Source: an uncultured virus (IMG/VR IMGVR_UViG_3300010885_037795) (lineage: Duplodnaviria; Heunggongvirae; Uroviricota; Caudoviricetes). From it: a stretch of 20,000 bases of DNA. A program made the position numbers and the translations under genes. Location of the stretch: positions 54,020 through 74,019 of the IMG/VR virus record IMGVR_UViG_3300010885_037795; one strand, written 5' to 3'. The notes beneath the pieces are model-generated. The model did not search any database and had not been told where the DNA came from. It was given only the letters and a program-made list of their open reading frames with translations. Below, piece after piece: positions 1 through 7,647 of this stretch; within the stretch, counting starts at the first letter, position 1, and every line of letters starts with the position of its first letter.

Positions 1-4
1 TTGT

Positions 5-1138
5 TTGGCCATTGATGAAATACCAGACAACACTGGTAAATCCTACGACCTTACCGCAGTGCCTATTCGTGAAGTATATCACAGCAAATACATGCAGGAT
101 CTAAGGCAACAGTTTCGTGCAGGAGAAAAACCCAGCACATGCACACGATGCTGGACAGAAGAATCTGCAGGACGTACCAGCAAACGTATGAACATGTTGG
201 CCAAATTCAACAATGATATCCAATCAATTGAATGGGACACAGACACCCCTGAACAATTATGGTTCTTGGATCTTAAACTAGGCAACATCTGTAATCTCAA
301 ATGTCGTATCTGTGGATCCTGGAGCAGTAGTAAATGGGCACAAGAAGAACTAGACTACTACCCAACAGCCACTAGAGAAGAACGCAAAAAACATTCAGCG
401 TATGTATGGCTACGTCAGGGTCAGTGGCCACGTGAAAGCATTGACTTTTGGAACAACATTGATCAAGTGCTGCCTGGTGTGCGCTACTATGAATTTACCG
501 GTGGCGAACCATTCTTGATTCAAGAACATTTTGATTTGTTACAACGCACAGTAGATCAAGGCTATGCATATCTTGTGGATGTACACTACAACACCAATGG
601 CACACAGTATCCAGAAGCCGCAGTGGAGATGTGGAAAAAGTTCAAGCATGTGAACATTGCATTCAGCATTGACGATCTTGGCGCACGATTTGAATATCAG
701 CGTTATGGCGCCAACTGGGCAGAAGTGGAACAAAATCTAGACCGTTACTTAGAGTTAAGCAAAACACACACCAACATCACGCTACAAATGTGTATAACTG
801 CAAATATACAAAACGTATTGTACTTGCCTGAAGTCATGGACCATGTGTGGGCAAAAGGTTTTCGTGACGTATACATCAACATGTTACATGATCCAATTCA
901 ACTCAACATCAAGCAAATGACTCCAGTGGCGATTGAACTGGTATGTAACAGACTAAATCAAGTTCCGACCAGCAACAGATTCTATCGTGATTTCCAACAG
1001 TTAATAACGGTGATACAAACAGGTACTGGTAGTGATGGTCAAGAGTTTTGCAAAACTATCAAACAAGGTGACGTGTATCGCAAACAAAATTTTGCTGACC
1101 ATCACCCAGACATAGCAAAGGCCATGGGATATGAATAA
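5..1138 (+). CDS. Radical SAM protein with N-terminal twitch/SPASM-like domain (probably 5'-truncated by the window edge)
   Basis: CxxxCxxC motif (ICNLKCRIC), FTGGEPF, YNTNGT and SIDD..G..FEYQRYG motifs. CTRC upstream of the core resembles the second half of an auxiliary-cluster domain. The frame is open from the window start. Confidence 0.9.
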   Translation: MAIDEIPDNTGKSYDLTAVPIREVYHSKYMQDLRQQFRAGEKPSTCTRCWTEESAGRTSKRMNMLAKFNNDIQSIEWDTDTPEQLWFLDLKLGNICNLKCRICGSWSSSKWAQEELDYYPTATREERKKHSAYVWLRQGQWPRESIDFWNNIDQVLPGVRYYEFTGGEPFLIQEHFDLLQRTVDQGYAYLVDVHYNTNGTQYPEAAVEMWKKFKHVNIAFSIDDLGARFEYQRYGANWAEVEQNLDRYLELSKTHTNITLQMCITANIQNVLYLPEVMDHVWAKGFRDVYINMLHDPIQLNIKQMTPVAIELVCNRLNQVPTSNRFYRDFQQLITVIQTGTGSDGQEFCKTIKQGDVYRKQNFADHHPDIAKAMGYE

Positions 1139-2288
1139 AGTTATCCCGTTGGTTAATGTTAGTGCATTGCAAGCCCTGACGCCCGCACCTCTTGGTCGCG
1201 CAGAGGTTGACTCTGACTACATGACACGGTATATACAAACTGGAATGGATTTTAACAAGGATCTTGGACTAGCAGGCAAATATTGTTATCACCCATTTAA
1301 CACAGTCACGATAGACCATCGAGGTCGTTGCTATGTATGCACCTGTCAGGCATGGTTACCAATCAGCGTAGGTAACATTTTAGATTTTAATTCGCTGAGT
1401 GAAATTGTTCACAGCTCACGTGCTAGAGAGATACAACGAAGTATCGTAGATGGCAGTTATCGTTACTGTGACAATAAAACTTGCGGGTTATTAATCAGCG
1501 ACGCAATGGAAACTAGAATTGAGCACAAACCAGACACTGTGAATTGGATCAATTTCTGTATCGATGACAGTTGCAACTTACAGTGTCCTAGCTGTCGCAC
1601 AGATTTAATATTTCATAAACAAGGTCCAGAATTTGATCTACGTATGAAAATATCACAGCATGTGAGCAAGCTGATCAGCGAACACAATCATTTTTTACGA
1701 TTTACACTAAGCAACGATGGGGATCCATTTGCTAGTCATGTGTACAGAAACCTAATGACAACTATTGCGCCACAACTGGTCAATCAGCTGGAGATTGAAA
1801 TAGTAACTAACGGCATATTAATGAAGTCACATTGGCACGAAATTGAAAACATATACCCTAACCTCACACTAATCAAAGTCAGTTTTGATGCTGCCACCGA
1901 ACAAACATACAACAAAACACGATGCGGCGGCAGTTGGAACAAAGTAACTGAAAGCACTAGATTTGTAGCTGATTGGCTGGCTCAACGCAAAGCACAGCAT
2001 CTCAATGCATATACTAGATTGGTAGCTAATTTTGTAGTGCAACAAACAAACTATCATGAGATGATTGACTTTGTAACACTGTGCAATTCGTTGGGTGTTG
2101 ATCAGATCTTGTTTCAAAAAGTAACTAACTGGAATACGTGGATTGATGCCAACGGCACAGATCAGTACAGCGCACATGCAGTATGGCAACAGTCGCATCC
2201 TGAATATCACAAGCTGAAAGAAATACTAAAAGATCCTGTGTTTCAACAGCACAATGTTAAACTAACTAACCTAGCGGATCTACTATGA
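1131..2288 (+). CDS. Radical SAM protein with N-terminal SPASM/twitch-like domain
   Basis: SCNLQCPSC motif. N-terminal CYHPF..CYVCTC..VGNI..CDNKTC. GDPF replaces GGEP; VTNG and VSFDAAT are present. Overlaps the previous stop by 8 nt. Confidence 0.9.
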   Translation: MNKVIPLVNVSALQALTPAPLGRAEVDSDYMTRYIQTGMDFNKDLGLAGKYCYHPFNTVTIDHRGRCYVCTCQAWLPISVGNILDFNSLSEIVHSSRAREIQRSIVDGSYRYCDNKTCGLLISDAMETRIEHKPDTVNWINFCIDDSCNLQCPSCRTDLIFHKQGPEFDLRMKISQHVSKLISEHNHFLRFTLSNDGDPFASHVYRNLMTTIAPQLVNQLEIEIVTNGILMKSHWHEIENIYPNLTLIKVSFDAATEQTYNKTRCGGSWNKVTESTRFVADWLAQRKAQHLNAYTRLVANFVVQQTNYHEMIDFVTLCNSLGVDQILFQKVTNWNTWIDANGTDQYSAHAVWQQSHPEYHKLKEILKDPVFQQHNVKLTNLADLL

Positions 2289-3574
2289 ACAAACCTGATT
2301 CGTTATGCTTGGCTCCTTGGACACACACATATCTTAGTCCGCAGACTGAGCGCCGCATGTGTTGTGCAAGTCGCGAGCCTGCACAAAACTTTCAACAGTA
2401 TATTGACACCAGCGCCGGTTCTGGCAAGTATATACCTATCACTCTGGACGAACATTGGAACGGTGACCACATGCGCTCCGTACGAAAACGCATGCTGTCC
2501 GGCGAAACATTACCCGAGTGCGAAGTATGTAATGATAAACTGTTGAATACCTCTGTGTATAGAGATTACTTCACGCACTTGTTTGCACACAAACTTGACC
2601 AAGTACATGCCAGTACAGATGACACCGGGCACACTACAATGCAACCGATCAGCTGGGACTATAGATTTAGTAATCTTTGTAATTTCAAATGTCGCATGTG
2701 TGGAGACATGTTGAGCAGTGCATGGGAAAGCGAGCAACGTGTACATGGCATGATAGATTGGAACAATCCAAAGAACAACTGGATGAAGCCAGTCATACGC
2801 GATGAAATACATCAGTTTCAAACCACGCAGGTTGAACATGAGTTCAGTCAGGCAGTTGAAGAACATCGTGTTGAGGAGATATATTGGGTGGGTGGCGAAC
2901 CCTTGATGTACGAACAACATTGGAAGTACATGAAAAGAATAATTGAATTAGGGGACGGACCAAATGTCTATGCAAGATATAATACAAATCTCAGCCGTGT
3001 TGATTATCGCGGTGTCAATCTTTATCGGGATATTTTATCTGGGTTACGGGATTGGCAAATCTGCGCATCGCTCGACGGAACAGGTAAAATTGGTGAGTAC
3101 ATTAGATCAGGTCTCGACTTCGATGCTTGGCTTGAGAACTTCGCTCAAGGAGTTGCGATTGCGACTAATCCTAGACAGATGCGAATCGACTACACCCTTA
3201 CCCTGCCAGGAATGTTTGAGGTTGAACGGATTGAACGACTGTCCGCAACCTACGGAGTACAAGTTCTGGCGAAGGTAGTTTTTAGTTTCAGTCCGGACAT
3301 AGTTATGTCACCTTTAGCCCTACCTCGGGACATGTTACACTCTTGGGTAGATGAAATACTTTCTGTGGTGAAGACCGACTCGTTAAAGGATATCTTGGTT
3401 CAGCTGAAAACTAGACCTACGTTTGCGGAACAGTGGCCCGACCAATATCAAACAGCACTGCGCCGTGGTAAAGACCGTGTGTTGAAATTAGAAAGCATAC
3501 GAGACAATCCTATCACAATGGCAGAGATATTGAGTGAACGATCGGATGTATTGCACTGGTGGAATAACATATGA
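2285..3574 (+). CDS. Twitch-domain radical SAM protein
   Basis: LCNFKCRMC, WVGGEPL, YNTNLS and ASLDGTG..GEYIRSG motifs. N-terminal CLAPW..RMCC..ECEVC. ATGA overlap with the upstream gene. Confidence 0.92.
   Translation: MNKPDSLCLAPWTHTYLSPQTERRMCCASREPAQNFQQYIDTSAGSGKYIPITLDEHWNGDHMRSVRKRMLSGETLPECEVCNDKLLNTSVYRDYFTHLFAHKLDQVHASTDDTGHTTMQPISWDYRFSNLCNFKCRMCGDMLSSAWESEQRVHGMIDWNNPKNNWMKPVIRDEIHQFQTTQVEHEFSQAVEEHRVEEIYWVGGEPLMYEQHWKYMKRIIELGDGPNVYARYNTNLSRVDYRGVNLYRDILSGLRDWQICASLDGTGKIGEYIRSGLDFDAWLENFAQGVAIATNPRQMRIDYTLTLPGMFEVERIERLSATYGVQVLAKVVFSFSPDIVMSPLALPRDMLHSWVDEILSVVKTDSLKDILVQLKTRPTFAEQWPDQYQTALRRGKDRVLKLESIRDNPITMAEILSERSDVLHWWNNI
2964..3278 (+). CDS. Candidate nested (+1 frame) single-TM membrane protein inside the third radical SAM gene
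   Basis: 104-aa ORF. AGGGGA at 2950-2955 precedes the ATG. N-terminal hydrophobic run IIQISAVLIIAVSIFIGIFYLGYGIG, then a helical region and CQEC. Confidence 0.3.
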   Translation: MSMQDIIQISAVLIIAVSIFIGIFYLGYGIGKSAHRSTEQVKLVSTLDQVSTSMLGLRTSLKELRLRLILDRCESTTPLPCQECLRLNGLNDCPQPTEYKFWRR

Positions 3575-4332
3575 TATTATTAAGTTCTGGCGATAGCTTT
3601 ACATATGGCAACGAGCTCAGTGATGACAACCCTGCACGTGCTAGTAACAACACATGGTCGGCGAACCTAGCAAAACATTTTGGGTTTGAGCACCAGTGTG
3701 TGGCCAAAGGCGGCGCCGGCAACGACTATATTTCTAGATCACTCATAACACAGGCCAATGAACTTCGTAAAAAAAGCAAACAGTTTGCAGTAGCGGTAAT
3801 GTGGACCTATCCTGGACGCATTGAATTAAAAGTTCAGTCCGAGTGGCACCAACTAAACGATTATGTATTTTGGGATTCGACTGAAAAACTACAAGCACAG
3901 TGGCCCGATAAAGGTGAAAAATTTTATGCATCAATACTAGACAGAATTCAAAAAGACCGAGAAGCAAATCGATTGGATTTGTTCAGAGACTATATGAAAT
4001 TTACGGTGTTAACTGGTGACTATGCAATAGTAAAATCTTATCAAAGTATATTTGTTACCGCACAATATCTAATGCATCATGAAATTCCTTTCTTTTTTGT
4101 AAATGCAGTTGACGAGGCAAACATCACTGGAAATTACATACCTCAGGACAGTTTGCCTTACCTGGACAGCATTGACCAGCAAGACTGGATGCCTGTTCCT
4201 AGTTTCTATTCCTGGGCAAAAGAAAATAATTATAAATTTGGGTCAGCACACCCATTGGATCGAGCACACACAGATTACGCTAAACTGATACTAGCTACAG
4301 GATTGGTAGAAACAAAATGGCAATTAAAGTAG
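3571..4332 (+). CDS. SGNH/GDSL-like hydrolase or acyltransferase-fold protein
   Basis: Block I GDSFTYG, block II GGAGN and C-terminal SAHPLDRAH. ATGA overlap with the upstream gene. Confidence 0.7.
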   Translation: MILLSSGDSFTYGNELSDDNPARASNNTWSANLAKHFGFEHQCVAKGGAGNDYISRSLITQANELRKKSKQFAVAVMWTYPGRIELKVQSEWHQLNDYVFWDSTEKLQAQWPDKGEKFYASILDRIQKDREANRLDLFRDYMKFTVLTGDYAIVKSYQSIFVTAQYLMHHEIPFFFVNAVDEANITGNYIPQDSLPYLDSIDQQDWMPVPSFYSWAKENNYKFGSAHPLDRAHTDYAKLILATGLVETKWQLK

Positions 4333-5411
4333 TATTACGAAACCCATTGGATCAGCAAGATCTAATAGACTATGACATTGTGCCCGATGACACATTGTTG
4401 GCACATGACTGGCAACAGGCACTAAAAGAACTGTTAGTGCAAGGTCGCATGCTGGAAAAGAACTTTTGTTTTCTCGGCTTTCCTGGCACTGCACGTACAC
4501 TTGATTACATCTGCAAAGAATTAAACGAATGCGTGTACGATGTCAATGCTATGGATTGGCAGTCAGTTGGACTTGCACCGTATATAATTGAAGAGTGGTT
4601 CACACCTGACTCAGTTAGATTTGGTTTAGAATATCCCTGTGAGCTAACCGATACCAGCCTAGGATTATCAGTCAAACACGAAGTAATGAACAAACTGCAC
4701 AATCATTTTGAGAGACTTCAAGGCACTGTATGGTCACCTAGTGAGTATTATACTCAGGCCACTCCAACTGTTAAGTATGCAATTAGACAACTCAACACAC
4801 TGTGCCATGAAATTGAATCTCTGGTGCTGAGCCAACGCAAGGCATATCGTTTGCCAGAATGGGTACGCCCAAGCCAAATTACTACGTTTATCAGCGCACC
4901 AAGATACGATCTTAAAGATCGGCATCGTGAAGGATTTGTTACCAATGGATATGACAGAAAATTTGGACATGTGTACATGCACTGGGCACAAATTGGCAAA
5001 ACACTGTTTGAAGTATTTCGTGATGAGCATGCACCAGAACTAACTGATACTGTATGTGAAGCAATCACTCAATTGAAATACTATTCCGGTGAATTTGACA
5101 TTGAATGGGGACGAGATGTAGTACGTACAGGCGACTTTCCGTGGCACGTGGAAGAACAGGATCGTTTTGAAAAATGGTTGATACAAAACAACATAGATCC
5201 AAAAAATCCTGCAATGAGCTCAGGATATTTGCCATTGGGACAGGTAGAATTACAACAGAGTTTTGGCACAACCGATATTGGCACCATTTGGCAAATACTC
5301 AGCACACACCTGGATATATACAGTATCGAGGTAGACGGAGTTGTTCAAACATATGATTACTGTTGGAGCGATACTGACTACAAGCAGTCGCAGATCAGGA
5401 GACTACTATGA
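4317..5411 (+). CDS. Hypothetical protein (364 aa)
   Basis: Long ORF coupled to both neighbours. Conserved-looking segments LHNHFERLQG, LNTLCHEIE and YMHWAQIGKTLFEVFRDE. No family recognised. Confidence 0.75.
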   Translation: MAIKVVLRNPLDQQDLIDYDIVPDDTLLAHDWQQALKELLVQGRMLEKNFCFLGFPGTARTLDYICKELNECVYDVNAMDWQSVGLAPYIIEEWFTPDSVRFGLEYPCELTDTSLGLSVKHEVMNKLHNHFERLQGTVWSPSEYYTQATPTVKYAIRQLNTLCHEIESLVLSQRKAYRLPEWVRPSQITTFISAPRYDLKDRHREGFVTNGYDRKFGHVYMHWAQIGKTLFEVFRDEHAPELTDTVCEAITQLKYYSGEFDIEWGRDVVRTGDFPWHVEEQDRFEKWLIQNNIDPKNPAMSSGYLPLGQVELQQSFGTTDIGTIWQILSTHLDIYSIEVDGVVQTYDYCWSDTDYKQSQIRRLL

Positions 5412-5506
5412 GTTGGCTTAAAAAAATATACAACAGAATTAAAATGGAAATTGCTTATCGCAAGCGATTAAAAGAGTTGCGTAAACGAGATCCATTTATC
5501 TACTGA
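5408..5506 (+). CDS. 32-aa basic peptide MSWLKKIYNRIKMEIAYRKRLKELRKRDPFIY (not in the ORF track)
   Basis: Translated by hand. Its ATG overlaps the upstream stop (ATGA at 5408-5411) and its TGA ends 1 nt before the next ATG (5508), so it exactly fills the gap. Confidence 0.75.
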   Translation: MSWLKKIYNRIKMEIAYRKRLKELRKRDPFIY

Positions 5507-5507
5507 C

Positions 5508-6200
5508 ATGAAAAAAATACTTGTTCTAGCCTGTAGTAGCGGATTGGGCGTCGAATGCGAAGATGTAATCAATCATTGCTGGCCCAACATACTAGGAGAC
5601 CTTACTAACACCGCAGTAACCAATGCCTCTGAAGCTGGCGGTAGCAATGACATGATGTATCGCAAAGCACTGTCAATGACTGCAACTGAATCGTATGACC
5701 TGGTATTGATTGCATGGACAAACATTGATCGCATGGAAGTGTATTTTAACGAAGAGATTGTGTCTAATAGATTACCTGACGTACTAATCAGTGAAAAATT
5801 TCCTCGTGTGCAAGGACCTGGGCCAGTCAGTGTGTCTCATCATTGGAGTGACTTGCCTTGGATTGAAAAATACTATGGCATGCACTATAATGAACGTTAC
5901 TTACTAGAGCGATGGTTGCACCAAGCAATCACACTTCAAGAATATTTCAAAGCCAAAAAACAGCCATTTGCTTACATATCAAACTTTGGAAACACTCAGT
6001 ATCTAAAAAATCATACAGACATTCCTATGTTAAAGATGCTGGATGTAAAATCTTGGATTGGTAACTGGCCTGGGTCAACTTTACGCGACTGGGGTGCACC
6101 AATTGGCGTACACAAATATGGTCATTTTACGTTAGACGCACATAAATTTATTGCAGAAAAAATACATGAGCATATTAGGAATCGCGGCTGGCTTTCATGA
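5508..6200 (+). CDS. Second SGNH-like protein with degenerate block I
   Basis: ILVLACSSGLG at the N-terminus, GGSN, LVLIAWT..DRME and C-terminal YGHFTLDAH. Same layout as 3571-4332. Confidence 0.6.
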   Translation: MKKILVLACSSGLGVECEDVINHCWPNILGDLTNTAVTNASEAGGSNDMMYRKALSMTATESYDLVLIAWTNIDRMEVYFNEEIVSNRLPDVLISEKFPRVQGPGPVSVSHHWSDLPWIEKYYGMHYNERYLLERWLHQAITLQEYFKAKKQPFAYISNFGNTQYLKNHTDIPMLKMLDVKSWIGNWPGSTLRDWGAPIGVHKYGHFTLDAHKFIAEKIHEHIRNRGWLS

Positions 6201-7647
6201 TGCCGCACTAGCGGTAATTGACAAGCATGGGGACATTGTATTTGCTGGACACAGTGAGCGTTACAGCAAAATCAAACACGACAAAAATTTATCGCCAGGC
6301 TTGATTGCCGAAGTATGCAAATTTGATATACATGAAATAGCATATTATGAACGTCCTTGGGCACAACAGTTGCGTAGATTGTACACCGGCGAAGGAGTAG
6401 AGTGGAACAAGCTCACAGTCCGGCAGATATTAAAAAAACAAATTAACGAGTTCAGTGCATTCTCTGGACCAGTAGTAGCATATCCGCATCATCTGAGTCA
6501 TGCGGCAGCAGGATTTCAAACAAGCCCATTTACCCGTGCCACAGTGGTTGTGATAGACGCTGTAGGTGAATGGGACACAATAACCATCTGGGGCGCAGAA
6601 TACGATCGCAATGGACACGCACAGTACAAGAAGTTATGGCAACAAGGTTACCCGCATAGTATAGGATTGTTCTACAGTGCAATGACCCAGCGAGTAGGGT
6701 TGAAGCCCCTGGACGAAGAATACATTTTGATGGGCATGGCAGCGTATGGTGAGCGTGGCTTTGGTGACCTATTAAAAATGGACATGATAGAATCAGAATT
6801 TGACATTCGATTCAAACACAATCTACACACTGGTATAGATAAAAAATATCTAGCCTACATCAGTGACTTTGATATAGCTGCCGGCGCACAAGATCTTGTG
6901 GAAACACTCATACTCAATGTTATGCTACGTGCTAAGAAGTTTGGGTGGAGTAGCAATCTGGTGTACGGTGGAGGTGTTGCGCTCAACTGTGCCGCCAATA
7001 GATTTTTAGGAGAATATTTTGATAACATTTGGATTATGCCTTGTCCTGGTGATGCTGGTTCTAGTCTGGGGGCCGCCGCTGTTAGTTTCCGTGGTTGTAT
7101 TAATTGGACTGATGCTTGTCTTGGGCATGATATACCTGGCGACTATCCTGTTAATGATGCCGTGGCTGCTCTTTTGCGTGGTGATATTATTGGTGTGGCG
7201 AGCGGTCGAGCCGAGTTCGGCCCGAGAGCGTTGGGAAACAGAAGTCTCCTCGCAGACCCAAGAGGAACAGAAATCAAAGACAAAGTAAATGAAATCAAAC
7301 GTAGACAAAAGTTTAGACCCTTTGCACCCGTTGTATTGGAAGAGATGGCTGATCAGTATTTTACTATGCCTCGCGGGTGGGATCGCAGTCGGTACATGCA
7401 GTCAGTCGCTGACTGTAGGCATCCTGAGTTATTTCCTGCTATTGTTCACGCTGACGGAACTAGTCGTGTTCAGACCGTACCGAAAGATGGAAGCGGAATT
7501 AGAGAGCTCCTTGAAAAATGGTTCGTGTTAACTGATTGTCCTATGTTGCTAAACACCAGCCTAAACATACGTGGCGAACCTATGGTCAATGATCGTGCTG
7601 ACGCAGACCGCTTTGAAAAGTTATATGGCATAAAGGTCTACAGTTAA
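6166..7647 (+). CDS. O-carbamoyltransferase, NodU/CmcH/TobZ family
   Basis: ILGI..GFHDAA, ERYS..KHD, HHLSHAA, VIDAVGE, GGVALNC, PGDAGSSLGAA, EFGPRALGNRSLLADPR, KRRQKFRPFAP, HADGTSRVQTV and LLNTSLN. Start moved from the track's TTG at 6151 to ATG 6166 (MSILGI), matching the family N-terminus. Confidence 0.95.
   Translation: MSILGIAAGFHDAALAVIDKHGDIVFAGHSERYSKIKHDKNLSPGLIAEVCKFDIHEIAYYERPWAQQLRRLYTGEGVEWNKLTVRQILKKQINEFSAFSGPVVAYPHHLSHAAAGFQTSPFTRATVVVIDAVGEWDTITIWGAEYDRNGHAQYKKLWQQGYPHSIGLFYSAMTQRVGLKPLDEEYILMGMAAYGERGFGDLLKMDMIESEFDIRFKHNLHTGIDKKYLAYISDFDIAAGAQDLVETLILNVMLRAKKFGWSSNLVYGGGVALNCAANRFLGEYFDNIWIMPCPGDAGSSLGAAAVSFRGCINWTDACLGHDIPGDYPVNDAVAALLRGDIIGVASGRAEFGPRALGNRSLLADPRGTEIKDKVNEIKRRQKFRPFAPVVLEEMADQYFTMPRGWDRSRYMQSVADCRHPELFPAIVHADGTSRVQTVPKDGSGIRELLEKWFVLTDCPMLLNTSLNIRGEPMVNDRADADRFEKLYGIKVYS
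7019..7288 (+). CDS. Candidate nested (+1 frame) multi-TM small membrane protein inside the carbamoyltransferase gene
   Basis: AGGAG at 7008-7012, 6 nt before a TTG start. About 60 consecutive uncharged, mostly hydrophobic residues, then a highly charged tail. Confidence 0.35.
   Translation: MITFGLCLVLVMLVLVWGPPLLVSVVVLIGLMLVLGMIYLATILLMMPWLLFCVVILLVWRAVEPSSARERWETEVSSQTQEEQKSKTK
7289..7531 (+). CDS. Candidate nested (+1 frame) two-TM membrane protein
   Basis: ATG directly follows the TAA of 7019-7288 in the same frame. Two hydrophobic segments (WLISILLCLAGGIAVG and LTVGILSYFLLLFTLTELVVF) and a charged C-terminus. Confidence 0.3.
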   Translation: MKSNVDKSLDPLHPLYWKRWLISILLCLAGGIAVGTCSQSLTVGILSYFLLLFTLTELVVFRPYRKMEAELESSLKNGSC

